Notes: generated by a model from the sequence alone, not told the origin. A stretch of DNA of 64,000 bases from Armatimonadota bacterium (GCA_034722055.1 JAYENL010000221.1:1-64000), one strand, 5' to 3'; shown: positions 22,141-31,901, numbered from the stretch's first letter. Translations and numbers: made by a program.

Positions 22141-25100
22141 CTACGGCGAGACCTCCAGCGAGGCCGAGGGCATGACCGCGACCGAGTCCTCGTTCGGGCG
22201 CAGCCTGGTGATGAGCAGCTCATCGCCCGGCTGGACCAGTGAGGCGTCGCCATCCACGCTGATGGTCGGGAGCGTGGGCCCCAGGACCTTGCCCCAGTTG
22301 TCGCGCGCCGAGATGCCGCCCTGGCCGGCCATCTCGCCGATACGCTCCAGCCCGTGGGCGGTGCGCCGATAGACCTGGAAGCCCAGCAGGTTCGGCTCGC
22401 TGGTCCGCGTGCGCCAGGGGTGGGCCGGCCGCGGCTCCACCAGCACGTCCTCGCCCTCGAGGCCGGTGGCGCGCACGGTGTTCAGCACCAGGTGGGGCGT
22501 GTACTTCAGAGCAATGCGAACGGTGCCGTCGCCGCCGGGGGTGACCTCACGCACCGTGAAGGTGGATGTTCCCCGGTGGTGGCGGACAACGCCCCAGCTT
22601 CCTGACAGCGAACCGTCGGTGGGCCAGTCGCTCTGCGGCCGGATGACCAGCACGTCAGCCTCGTCGTCGAAGGCCACCAGCCGGCCGCGCGGGCCGGCTG
22701 GGCAGGCCAGCTCGAAGTCGCCGAGGGCCACGTTCCCCTGCCCGGCCACGAAGGCGCGGGGGACCTGCCCCGCCGCCACGCTCACCGCCGCGAAGCGCCC
22801 CGTCAGGCGCAGCGTCCCATCCGGCGTATCGACGGCGAAGTCCCTCGCGGCGGCCTCCCACGAGCGCGAGACGAGATAGTCCACCTCCTCGCCGCGGTCC
22901 ACGCGCACTGCCACGGTGCCCTCCGGCGCGGGCAGGAGCGTGGCGTCGGCGATCAGCGGCGGGCCCTCGATGGTCTCGTGGATGGCGACGAACGCATCCA
23001 CCGCCGAGGCGTTCTCCCGGCGGGCGCACAGCACCGGCAGCTTCGCGTTCAGGTCGCGATTGTCCGTGTACCGCTGGCCGGGTGCGATCCCGGTGACCAG
23101 CGTGGTCTCCCCACCGGGCAGCATGGTGCAGCGGTAAGCCAGCGCCTCGCGAACCTGCTTCTCGCCGCTGTCCCAGGTGCGCAGCGGCGCCCAGGTGGCC
23201 GACCACTGCCCGGAGGTCCTCCCGGCTTCGAGTCCCGAGATATGCCGCCAGGCTGTCGCCTCTCCGCCCTCGAGCTGCCAGTGCTCGGCCAGCGTCACCT
23301 CCGGCTCGAGGGCCTCCATCGGACAGCCGTCCACGGCCAGCGCCTCACCATCGCCGTGCAGGTACCACTCGTGGTGTGCCCCGCCGCGGACGCGGAAGAT
23401 GTCCAGCAGGTAGCTGGCGTCCTCGCCGGCGGCGATCTGCGCCACGGTGCGGCCGTAGACGCCGCTCTCGCCCAGCTCAGCCAGGTTCTCGGGAATCTGC
23501 TCGGCAACCTCGACCACCTGCACCCACCCGGCGTCGGCCATCAGGCCGGTGGGGTCGCCGCGGAGCAGGTGTGTCGAGGAATGCGAGCCATCCGCGGCCC
23601 GCACCACGCAGGTATTGTGCGACGGGCAGAGCTTGATCCACTCGCGGGTGAGCCTGTGCATGGCGCCCATGTAGCCCAGGTCGGTGAGCACCTCCTGGTC
23701 GCGGGTGTACCACATCAGCGTCAGCGGCGGGCGATGCCAGTGGCCCACCGGCCAGGTGTAGTCCAGCGCCATGACATCGGTGCTCTCCCCCAGCGGCATG
23801 CGCATGACGGCCTTCCGATTATTGTGCAGCACGACCGAGGGGAAGCCGGCCGGGTTGGCGAGGGCGACGGTCTGGCGGCCGGGCTCGCCGGAGACGTCGA
23901 ACAGCTCGCCGCAGTCCTCGGGGATCGTCGCCCCGGCGCGCACGGAGCGCTGGAGGTGGCCGAGCTGCGGCCTGGCGGCGGCGTGCGAGTCCTCCCACGC
24001 GATCTGGCGACCGTTGGGCAGGCAGGAGAGGGGCATCTTGCTGAGGCTGTTGCACAGCGCCTGGGCGCGGTAGAGGTCCAGCCCCTGGAGGCGCTCGCTC
24101 CACCAGGGATGGTCCCGGGGCACCACATGGGCGCCGCGGGAGGCGTCCATGAGGTAGGACATGGTGTTCCACGTGCAGTTGGTGTAGGCCGGGGAGCCCT
24201 CCCAGCTCAGCCCGTCGCCGTACACCGAGTTGCGCAGGTAGTAGCGGTAGTTGTCCAGGACGGTGCCGATGATGCGCTCATCGCCGAACAGCACGCCCAG
24301 GTTGAACTGGCTCTGCATCAGCCGGCCGTCGAGGTTGTGGAAGCCCAGCATGGAGCAGGGCCGCACGTGGTAGTCCAGCTTCCCGTACTTCAGGTCGAAC
24401 TCGCCACCCGCCTCGCGCAGGCGCTGCGCGTCATCCTCATGCGCCGCCAGCAGGCACTCCGTGGCCCGCAGGACGCCGCCCGCAATCCCCTCCTCGGTGT
24501 AGCTGTCGCGCACCACCGCGAAGCCCTGCAGCCAGCCGCTGGCGTAGGCGTCGCCGAACATCGACCCGTCGCAGTAGATGTCGGCGTTGGAGCGATCGGC
24601 CGGATGCTGTTCGCTGCCGGTGATCCCGTCCTCGAGCGTGTAGGGGACATACCCCTCGAAGGCGCGCGGATCGGCCTCGTAGAAGCCATCGAGCATGGCG
24701 CGATAGCGCTGCTCGCCACCGACGATGTCGCGAAGGTATGCGTCGCCAAGGTGCGCGCGGGCCAGGGTCAGCAGCGCCGAGCGCACCGAGCGCGCGTAGG
24801 AAGCCGCGTCATCGGCGCGGGGGTCATTCTCCGGCAGCACGTGAGCGCAGACCTGCCAGGCCTCGCCCAACGTGGGGAGCACCGTCTTGGCGATCCTGGT
24901 CTGTGCCAGGTGGTGCCACTTGCCGCGGAAGAAGAATGCGTAGTTGGCGTCGGAGTAGCCGTGGGTCTCGCCGTCCCAGCGGTCCCAGGGAATGCCGGGA
25001 TGCTCCCGGCCCCATTCGGCGCTGTGCGTCCGCCGCCAGACCTCGTCGGAGGGGTAGCAGCCGGTGCCGTCATCGGGGTAGTCGGGGTTCGGGTAGTAGG

Positions 25101-25503
25101 GATACTCTCGCCCCTCTTCCTCGCACAGGGGGCAGTAGAGCCGGAAGGGCTCGTCCAGCGACCACTCCCACCGCACGTCGCTGAAGTCCTGGCAGCGCTC
25201 GGGATGGATGGGACAGGCGGTGGTCCACATCCCCAGCGGCGTGACCGGCAGCACCCGATCCAGCCACCATTCATCGCCGACGTCCCGCCACTGCTCCGCC
25301 CGCGAGAGGACCTGTTCGACGGTCGCAGCGGCCTCATCGTCGCCGGCCCGGTAGCGCTCCCGAAGCTCATCCACGGGCACACCTCGGACCGTAGGGTGCA
25401 TCAGGTCGGGAAGCTCTATGAACTCATGCTCGAGCGCGCCGGCGCCGCCCGCTGCCATCACTATCACGCCCGTCATCAGCACTGCGCGAATCGCGAACCT
25501 CAT
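22141..25503 (-). CDS. secreted heparinase II/III-like polysaccharide lyase
   Basis: Signal peptide; DGLSWEGSPAY, GHWH, DLGY, SHNTCVV, YLLDIFRVRGG..HEWYLHG. Confidence 0.75.
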   Translation of the reverse strand: MRFAIRAVLMTGVIVMAAGGAGALEHEFIELPDLMHPTVRGVPVDELRERYRAGDDEAAATVEQVLSRAEQWRDVGDEWWLDRVLPVTPLGMWTTACPIHPERCQDFSDVRWEWSLDEPFRLYCPLCEEEGREYPYYPNPDYPDDGTGCYPSDEVWRRTHSAEWGREHPGIPWDRWDGETHGYSDANYAFFFRGKWHHLAQTRIAKTVLPTLGEAWQVCAHVLPENDPRADDAASYARSVRSALLTLARAHLGDAYLRDIVGGEQRYRAMLDGFYEADPRAFEGYVPYTLEDGITGSEQHPADRSNADIYCDGSMFGDAYASGWLQGFAVVRDSYTEEGIAGGVLRATECLLAAHEDDAQRLREAGGEFDLKYGKLDYHVRPCSMLGFHNLDGRLMQSQFNLGVLFGDERIIGTVLDNYRYYLRNSVYGDGLSWEGSPAYTNCTWNTMSYLMDASRGAHVVPRDHPWWSERLQGLDLYRAQALCNSLSKMPLSCLPNGRQIAWEDSHAAARPQLGHLQRSVRAGATIPEDCGELFDVSGEPGRQTVALANPAGFPSVVLHNNRKAVMRMPLGESTDVMALDYTWPVGHWHRPPLTLMWYTRDQEVLTDLGYMGAMHRLTREWIKLCPSHNTCVVRAADGSHSSTHLLRGDPTGLMADAGWVQVVEVAEQIPENLAELGESGVYGRTVAQIAAGEDASYLLDIFRVRGGAHHEWYLHGDGEALAVDGCPMEALEPEVTLAEHWQLEGGEATAWRHISGLEAGRTSGQWSATWAPLRTWDSGEKQVREALAYRCTMLPGGETTLVTGIAPGQRYTDNRDLNAKLPVLCARRENASAVDAFVAIHETIEGPPLIADATLLPAPEGTVAVRVDRGEEVDYLVSRSWEAAARDFAVDTPDGTLRLTGRFAAVSVAAGQVPRAFVAGQGNVALGDFELACPAGPRGRLVAFDDEADVLVIRPQSDWPTDGSLSGSWGVVRHHRGTSTFTVREVTPGGDGTVRIALKYTPHLVLNTVRATGLEGEDVLVEPRPAHPWRTRTSEPNLLGFQVYRRTAHGLERIGEMAGQGGISARDNWGKVLGPTLPTISVDGDASLVQPGDELLITRLRPNEDSVAVMPSASLEVSP

Positions 25504-25525
25504 GGCTCAGCCCCCGTCCCTCGTG

Positions 25526-25732
25526 CTTACATTCGCCCACCTCGTGGCGAGCGGCGACTCTCGGCGTATGTCGCTTGGAGGGGCCGTCTGAGGCCCCAGC
25601 GTCGTCTGCTGGAGCCGAAGCCGGCCCGGCCGTTCCATTGGCGGCCCGACTTCGCGCGACTGCTGCGCAGTCGCCCTCAGGCGGCCCCTCCACCGCAGAC
25701 GACGGTCGCGCAACTTGTGGGCGGAGTATAAG
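25526..25732. mobile_element. MITE-like element, family A, copy 1
   Basis: Ends CTTACATTCGCCCAC / GTGGGCGGAGTATAAG; flanks TCCCTCGTG / TCCCCTGTG (7/9 direct repeat); interior matches copies 2 and 3. Confidence 0.7.
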
Positions 25733-25880
25733 TCCCCTGTGCTCTCGCCGACCCCATCTTCCCTGCGACGGAGCATCATGCCTGCCTCACCTGCGGAAGT
25801 CGTGCAGGCATCCGCACCGGGGAGCGTGAATCGCCTCCTGGAGAGCGCTTCCCATGGCGTCAGAGACGACACGGAGAGTG

Positions 25881-26708
25881 ATGCGCGTGGTCGCAAAGAG
25901 CGTTGAGCTACCGTCCGGGAACGAGATGCCCACCCTCGGGCTGGGAACGTGGACCCTGCGGGGCGAGGAGGGCCTGCGGGCCATCAGGGCCGCGCTGGCG
26001 ATGGGCTACCGCCACATCGACACCGCGGACATGTACGGCAACCACGACATCGTGGGAGAGGCCATCGCGGACTATCCCCGCCCCGAGCTGTTCGTGACGT
26101 CGAAGGTGGACGCCCCGGACCTGCATTACGACGATGTCATCCTGACCTGCAGGAAGAACCTCAGGGAGCTTGACACCGACTACATCGACCTGTATCTGAT
26201 CCACTGGCCCAATCCCGACCTGCCCATGAAGCAGACCTTCGACGCCCTGCGGCATCTCGTCGAGGAGGGCCTGATCCGCGACCTGGGGGTGAGCAACTTC
26301 CAGCAGCACCGCATGCGGCAGGCGCTTGAGATCGCCGACCACCCCATCGCCGTCAATCAGATTGAGCTGCATCCCTTCCTGTACCAGCACGATCTCATCC
26401 AACTCTGCCAGGACAATGCAGTGGCTGTGACCGCGTACGCACCGCTGACGCGCGGGAAGGTCTACGAGAGCGATACGTTGCGGGAGGTCGCCGAGGCCCA
26501 CGGCCGCACGCCGGCGCAGGTCTCGCTGCGCTGGCTGCTGCAGAAGGGCTGCATCGTGATCCCGCGCTCGAGGAGCGAGGGGCACCTGCGCGAGAACATG
26601 GACGTGTACGGGTGGTCCCTCACCGACGAGGAGATGGCGCTGATTGACGCCATTGACGAGCAGGTGCGGCTGATCGAGCCGGACTTCCCGGAGTTCGAGA
26701 TGCCCTGA
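25881..26708 (+). CDS. aldo/keto reductase (2,5-DKG reductase-like)
   Basis: MPTLGLGTW, GYRHIDTADMYGN, FVTSKV, DLYLIHWP, GVSNF, NQIELHP. Confidence 0.92.
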   Translation: MRVVAKSVELPSGNEMPTLGLGTWTLRGEEGLRAIRAALAMGYRHIDTADMYGNHDIVGEAIADYPRPELFVTSKVDAPDLHYDDVILTCRKNLRELDTDYIDLYLIHWPNPDLPMKQTFDALRHLVEEGLIRDLGVSNFQQHRMRQALEIADHPIAVNQIELHPFLYQHDLIQLCQDNAVAVTAYAPLTRGKVYESDTLREVAEAHGRTPAQVSLRWLLQKGCIVIPRSRSEGHLRENMDVYGWSLTDEEMALIDAIDEQVRLIEPDFPEFEMP

Positions 26709-26766
26709 GGGCAGCGGCGGGCAGTGGGGGCAGCGAGCCTCACCCCCGGGCCCCTGTGCGTGCCGG

Positions 26767-27103
26767 CTATGCATTACGCACATCTTGCCCGGTCGCGGAA
26801 GTCCAATGGCCGCGTTGTCCGCCCAGGCTGTTTGCAGTGAGGCCCGCCAGGGCCGAAGGTTCCACCCTGGCCCATGTCGTTCCTGAGCGCGAACGGCAAA
26901 CGGCCGGGCCGGGATGGAACCTGCCGCCTGCGCAATACGACCGCGCAGGCGGCACCCTGGAGTTCGGATAGCGAACTCTTAAGAGAAGCCTACTGGCTTC
27001 TCCATCGCTACGCTCGGGCGGCCCCTCCGTACGACGACACCACACCGCTGAGCCCTTGCTCAACTCCATCGCAGGCCTCCTGCAAGATGTGCGTAATGCA
27101 CAG
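26767..27103. mobile_element. MITE-like element, family B (337 bp)
   Basis: 22-bp TIR CT(A/G)TGCATTACGCACATCTTGC with one mismatch; perfect 9-bp direct repeat GCGTGCCGG at 26758-26766 and 27104-27112; no transposase. Confidence 0.85.
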
Positions 27104-27195
27104 GCGTGCCGGAGAGGGGGAGAACACAATCGCACGCAGAGATGCGAAACGCGGGGGCCTGGCCGCACAGTTCGCGTTACTCCCCCTCCGGGACG

Positions 27196-27440
27196 CTTAC
27201 CTTTACCCACGGAGACCTTCGGTCTCATGGGGAGGGCTGTTGGCCGTGGAGGGGCCGCCTGAGGGCGCTCCTCAGGAGCGCGCGAAGTCGGCCCGCTGCG
27301 GGCGAAGTGACGCAATCGGCGGCCTGCACGACCAACGGCCGGGCCGGCTTCGGCTCCAGCGAACAATGCTGGAGCCTCAGACGGCCCCTCCGGACAGCAG
27401 ACAGCGCATCGCCAGTCGCCACGATGTGGGTAAAGGTAAG
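27196..27440. mobile_element. MITE-like element, family A, copy 2 (opposite orientation)
   Basis: Perfect TIR CTTACCTTTACCCAC / GTGGGTAAAGGTAAG; flanks CTCCGGGACG / CCCCGGGACG (9/10). Confidence 0.85.
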
Positions 27441-27510
27441 CCCCGGGACGGAGGGGTGCCCGAGAGTAGCGAGGGCGGGGGAGGTCCGTGACGACCTCAC
27501 GACGTACGGC

Positions 27511-27535
27511 GCCCGGACAGGAGTGTCCGGGCCAC
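27511..27535. repeat. REP-like hairpin with GACAGGAGTGTC core
   Basis: GCCCGGACAGGAGTGTCCGGGCCAC has the same core as the hairpins in 1-280 but different, still complementary stem arms. Confidence 0.7.
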
Positions 27536-27546
27536 GGAAGGGCGGG

Positions 27547-28833
27547 CTACGCTCGCTCGCTGAGCACCTCGTCCTCGTAGCGCTGGATCTCGGCGAGCCA
27601 GGCCAGCCCGCCCGGCACACCTCCGCGCTGGCACAGCTCCTCCCACACCGCCCCGAAGGGCAGTTCCGCGCACAGCTCCTGCAGCGCCAGCTTGGCGTGC
27701 CCGTTGCCGGCGTACTCCGCCTCCACGGCCAGGTCGTGGGGCTCTACCATGGCCCACAGGAGGGCCTTGCGCACGGAGCGCTCGCCGATGGTCCAGGCCG
27801 CGATGCGGTTGATGGAGGCGTCGAAGAAGTCCGTGGCCCACAGGATGTCGTCGAAGCGGCCGCTGCGGACGGCCTCATCGCAGACCGCGCGGAGGTCGTC
27901 ATTGAAGCGCGTCACGTGATCGCTGTCCCAGCGCACGCCGCGAGAGGCGTGCAGCAGGATGGGGCTGACGAAGTGCAGCGCCGCGGAGATCTTGTCCGCG
28001 ACGCCCTCCGTGGGGTGATAGTGGCCCATGTCGAAGCAGACGCCGCAGCCGCGGGTGGCCGCGTAGAGCAGGTAGAACTCGTGTGAGCCGACGGTGTAGT
28101 CCTCCACCCCGATGCCGAAGAGCTTGCTCTCGACGGTATCGATGACTGAGGCCATGTCGTCGGCCAGAACCTCGTCGAGCGCCTCCACCAGCCGCTCCCG
28201 GGGGCCCATGCGGTCGGCGGTGGCGTCCTTGCGGCCGTCAGGGATCCAGATGTTGCAGGCGGCAGGCCCGAGGCGGCGGCCGATGGCGTCGGCGATCTCC
28301 CGGCAGGCCATGCAGTGGCGGATCCAGAACTGGCGCACATCGTCGTCGGGGCTGCTGAGCGTCAGCCCGTCGCGGACCATGGGATGCGCGAAGCATGTAG
28401 GGTTGAAGTCCATCCCCCAGCCGTTGTCATCGCACCAGTCGATCCAGGTCTGGAAGTGCTCGGGCCGCAGCTCGTCGCGATCCACGGTCTCGCCGCCGGT
28501 CTCGGCGTACATGGCGTGGAGATTGAAGCGCAGCTCGCCGGGGATGAGGCTGGCGGCCTTCTCGAAGTCCCGGCGGATCTGATCGCCGGTGCTCGCCCGG
28601 CCGGGGTAGTTGCCTGTGGCCTGGATGCCGCCGGCGTCAGTGGCCTCCTCGTGCACCTCCAGCCCTACCACGTCGTCGGCCTGCCAGCAGTGCACGGAGA
28701 TCGGCGTGCCCAGGGCCCTCTCGATCGCCGCCTCCGCGTCCACACCCACCTCGGCGTACCGGTCGCGCGCGTCCTCGAACGACATCGAGGTTCGCCCGGC
28801 AAGCTCGCTCTCCAGCAGGTCCTCAATCCTCAT
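27547..28833 (-). CDS. rhaA: L-rhamnose isomerase
   Basis: ISVHCWQADDVVG, GGIQATGNYPG, NLHAMY, DFNPTCF.HP, IWIPDG.KD, VESKLFGIG, SRGVRWDSDHV, DFFDASINRIAAW. Confidence 0.93.
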   Translation of the reverse strand: MRIEDLLESELAGRTSMSFEDARDRYAEVGVDAEAAIERALGTPISVHCWQADDVVGLEVHEEATDAGGIQATGNYPGRASTGDQIRRDFEKAASLIPGELRFNLHAMYAETGGETVDRDELRPEHFQTWIDWCDDNGWGMDFNPTCFAHPMVRDGLTLSSPDDDVRQFWIRHCMACREIADAIGRRLGPAACNIWIPDGRKDATADRMGPRERLVEALDEVLADDMASVIDTVESKLFGIGVEDYTVGSHEFYLLYAATRGCGVCFDMGHYHPTEGVADKISAALHFVSPILLHASRGVRWDSDHVTRFNDDLRAVCDEAVRSGRFDDILWATDFFDASINRIAAWTIGERSVRKALLWAMVEPHDLAVEAEYAGNGHAKLALQELCAELPFGAVWEELCQRGGVPGGLAWLAEIQRYEDEVLSERA

Positions 28834-28870
28834 CGTGGAACACCTCGCGTTGATGCTGACCAGCACACCA

Positions 28871-28947
28871 TTCGCCGTTCGCCGTTGCCGTGCGCCGTTG
28901 CCGTGCGCCGTTGCTGATAGCTGTTAGCTGACCGCTGATAGCTGACC
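28871..28947. repeat. short tandem tract: GCCGTT-type units followed by five GCTG(ATA/TTA/ACC) heptamers
   Basis: gctgata gctgtta gctgacc gctgata gctgacc at 28913-28947. Confidence 0.8.
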
Positions 28948-28962
28948 GTTCACCGCTGGCAA

Positions 28963-30351
28963 CTACTCCAGCCACGGATTGGTCTGGTCGCCAACCTCCG
29001 AGCGCAGGCGGGCCAGCTCCTCCTTCAGCTCCGCCGCCGCGTCCGCGTAGTCGGGGTCATCGTAGACGCTGTTCATCTCCATGGGGTCCTCCTGGAGGTC
29101 GAACAGCTCCCACTCCTGCGGCCCCGGCTCCTCCTCATAGTAGAAGATGAGCTTGTAGCGGTGGGTGCGCAGGCCGTAGTGGGCCCAGACGTTGTGCCCG
29201 CCGTCGATGTGCATGAAGTAGCGATAGTAGAAGCTCTGGCGCCAGTCCTGGGGCGTCTGTCCGGCCACGTTGCTCCGGAAGCTGCGCCCCTGCATCTGCT
29301 CGGGCGCGTCGAGGCCGGCGTAGTCGAGGAACAGGGGGGCGAAGTCGGTGTTGAGGATGATGTCATCGTTGACCGAGCCGGCCGGGATCTCCCCCGGATA
29401 GCGCACCACAAAGGGCATGCGCAGGGACTCCTCGTACATGAAGCGCTTGTCGTACCAGCCGTGGTCGCCGAGGAAGAAGCCCTGGTCGGAGGTGTAGATG
29501 ACCACGGTGTCCTCGGTGAGGCCCGCCGCGTCGAGCCAGTCCAGCATCCGGCCCACGTTGTCATCGACCGACGCCACGCACCGCAGGTAGTCCTGCATGT
29601 AGCGCTGGTAGGCCCAGCGCTTGAACTCCTCGTCGGTGAGGCCCTCCGGGCGGGGCTGCTTGAGGTCGCGCTCGGTGAAGTCGCGACCGACGCGCATTTG
29701 CGCCTCCCGGGCGGCTGTGGAGCGGTTGGCGTAGTCATCCCAGAAGGTGGGCGGCTCAGGGATGTCGATGTCCTCGTACATATGCATGTGCTTCTCGTCC
29801 GGCTCCCAGGGGCGGTGCGGCGCCTTATGATGGGTCATCAGGAAGAAGGGGCGGTCGGGGTCGCGATCCTCGAGCCACTCAAGAGACATATCGGTGATCA
29901 GGTCTGTCGCGTAGCCCTGGAACGTCCTCTTCTCGCCCTGGTCGAACATCTCCGGGTCATGGTAGAGGCCCTGCCCGGGGAGCACGCACCAGCGGTCGAA
30001 GCCCTGCGGGTCATGGATGCCGCCGTGGCCCAGGTGCCACTTGCCGAAGATGGCCGTCTGGTAGCCGGCCTGCTGCAGGAGTTTTGGGGCGGTCATCTGC
30101 CGCTGGTCCATCCCCTCGCGGAGCGTGAAGACCCCGTTGAGGTGGCTGTACTTGCCGGTGAGGATCGACGCCCGCGAGGGGGTGCAGATGGAGTTGGTGC
30201 AGAAGCAGTTGTCCAGCCGGACGCCGTCCTCGGCGATGCGGTCCATCTGCGGCGTCTCATTGACGACGCTGCCGTAGCAGGTCATGGCATGCGAGGCGTG
30301 ATCGTCGCTCATGATAAACAGGATGTTCGGGCGGCGGTCTGATCGAGGCAT
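28963..30351 (-). CDS. formylglycine-dependent sulfatase (Cys-type)
   Basis: PNILFIMSDDH, CTPSRASILTG, GKWHL, HKAPH, SDQG, DKRFMYEESLRMP. Confidence 0.95.
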   Translation of the reverse strand: MPRSDRRPNILFIMSDDHASHAMTCYGSVVNETPQMDRIAEDGVRLDNCFCTNSICTPSRASILTGKYSHLNGVFTLREGMDQRQMTAPKLLQQAGYQTAIFGKWHLGHGGIHDPQGFDRWCVLPGQGLYHDPEMFDQGEKRTFQGYATDLITDMSLEWLEDRDPDRPFFLMTHHKAPHRPWEPDEKHMHMYEDIDIPEPPTFWDDYANRSTAAREAQMRVGRDFTERDLKQPRPEGLTDEEFKRWAYQRYMQDYLRCVASVDDNVGRMLDWLDAAGLTEDTVVIYTSDQGFFLGDHGWYDKRFMYEESLRMPFVVRYPGEIPAGSVNDDIILNTDFAPLFLDYAGLDAPEQMQGRSFRSNVAGQTPQDWRQSFYYRYFMHIDGGHNVWAHYGLRTHRYKLIFYYEEEPGPQEWELFDLQEDPMEMNSVYDDPDYADAAAELKEELARLRSEVGDQTNPWLE

Positions 30352-30478
30352 GAGTCACTGCTCCTCGCTTTGTCTCGTGTTCTCCGTCTCACGCGCATGG
30401 CGCATTGAGGGCCTGCGCATGGCAACTCCGGGCCGACATCGCACACGCAGGATGTCGCGGAGCGCCGGCTTCCACATC

Positions 30479-30705
30479 GTCGGGCTGGAAGCCCGACCTA
30501 CGCGGTATGTTGTGAGCCGCGCCCAGCGGCCATGTCGTGAGGCCTGACCTGGGCGACATGTTGTGATGCGCGCCGGCCTTGCATATCGTCAGCCCGACCT
30601 ACGCGATATTCTGCCGGCCGCGCCTTCGTGGCATGTCGTGAGGCCTGACCTGCGCGGCAGTTTGGGAGGCGCGCCTGGGCGACATGTCGGCAGGCCTGCC
30701 TACGA
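30479..30705. repeat. degenerate ~51-bp tandem repeat (4+ units) starting with a GTAG-type REP hairpin
   Basis: GCC(C/T)GACCT recurs at 30491, 30542, 30592, 30643 and (degenerate) 30694; GTCGGGCTGGAAGCCCGACCTACG is the reverse complement of the hairpin at ~258-280. Confidence 0.7.
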
Positions 30706-31767
30706 AACACCTTCGCCCGCGCGCCTGCGGCGCAGGACGGCGCCCAGACCGGCCACGCCGAGGATGACCATGGCGGCGGTGGCGGGCTCTGGGGTGGCCA
30801 TCGGGTTGTCGTGGTAGCCGTCGAGAGTGGAGAAGCCCACGGGCCGCAGTTGCAGATACGTCCCCTCCCACCCCCACCGGTCCAGGTCGTCATTGGCGAA
30901 GTCGTAGTAGGTCTGCTCGTGTGTGGAGGGCACCCAGTCGGCGCTGGGCCAGAAGTAGTAGTCGGTGGGGGAACTGTCCCAGGGCCGCTGGCCGGTGTAG
31001 TAGGCGCTCTCGCCGTACAGCGTCGCCGCCTGGTACCATTCTGAGATAGTCATGAAGGGCGCCAGGCTGTTCACCAGAGACTCCGTGAGCAGGACGTCGA
31101 AGTACTGCTGCTGCTCATCCTCCTTGATCGCGACGCAGGTGGCCTGCTCCGGCGCGCCCAGCAGCGCGTAGAGGCCCGAGTTGTTCGCCGGCGCGCTGGT
31201 ATCGAGGTCATGACTGCCGCCGACCCAGCCCCCGGAGTGGCAGGCCGAGGAGATGACCACCACCTCCACACCGGCGTCGAACCCGGCGAGTGCATCGGTC
31301 AGCTCGTCATCCAGCAGGCCGGTCAGGCCGCCCGTGCCCGGATCCGGCAGCCACTCGTCACCCGCGTAGGGCGCGCTCGCACTGGGTGTGGGATCGTTGA
31401 TCTGCGGCCGCGCCGTGCTGCCCTCGTCCGAGGGATTGTAGAGCCCGTCCGGGTAGTCCCAGCCGCCGTGGTAAGTGTACGAGAACACCAACACGTCGCC
31501 CGACTGGAGGTTGTCGCCGTACCACAGCAGGTCGTCGTAGACGCTGTCGCGGCCGTCGTTGCGATCCTCGTCCCACAGGGCGAAGTCGTCGCGCAGCGTA
31601 CAACGCGATGGGTCCCACTCCGGATAGGGCGCCACCGCGCCCCAGAGGGTGTCGTTATCGTCGAGGAACTCTCCGAAGGAGACACCGTAGAAGTGGTAGT
31701 CCGCGCTGGCGGCCGTACAGGCGGCCAGAGCCAGGCTCACGCGCAGGAACACTACTTCCAGACGCAT
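30700..31767 (-). CDS. PEP-CTERM-sorted protein with caspase/metacaspase-like (clan CD) motifs
   Basis: Signal peptide; GDVLVFSYTYHGG and VVVISSACHSGG; C-terminal TPEPAT + TM + RRRR. Confidence 0.75.
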   Translation of the reverse strand: MRLEVVFLRVSLALAACTAASADYHFYGVSFGEFLDDNDTLWGAVAPYPEWDPSRCTLRDDFALWDEDRNDGRDSVYDDLLWYGDNLQSGDVLVFSYTYHGGWDYPDGLYNPSDEGSTARPQINDPTPSASAPYAGDEWLPDPGTGGLTGLLDDELTDALAGFDAGVEVVVISSACHSGGWVGGSHDLDTSAPANNSGLYALLGAPEQATCVAIKEDEQQQYFDVLLTESLVNSLAPFMTISEWYQAATLYGESAYYTGQRPWDSSPTDYYFWPSADWVPSTHEQTYYDFANDDLDRWGWEGTYLQLRPVGFSTLDGYHDNPMATPEPATAAMVILGVAGLGAVLRRRRAGEGVS

Positions 31768-31901
31768 CGCACGAGCTCCGACGTATCGATGATTGCGTTC
31801 ACGGTCTCATTCCCGGTCCGGGCGCATACACCTCCTCCGCCAATCTGTGCGAGGGCACTTCATCTCGCCCCGCCGAGCGGTCTCCGCCACCCCTCTGACC
31901 T

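Noticed and set aside
26756..27620. Several 70-330 aa track ORFs over the MITE region as possible transposase remnants
   Set aside because: No DDE, HUH or HTH motifs are recognisable. The translations simply reflect the repeats and recur at the other repeat copies.
30479..30705. Possible degenerate CRISPR array
   Set aside because: The would-be spacers resemble each other and the constant part is only ~10 bp, so a decayed tandem repeat explains it better.
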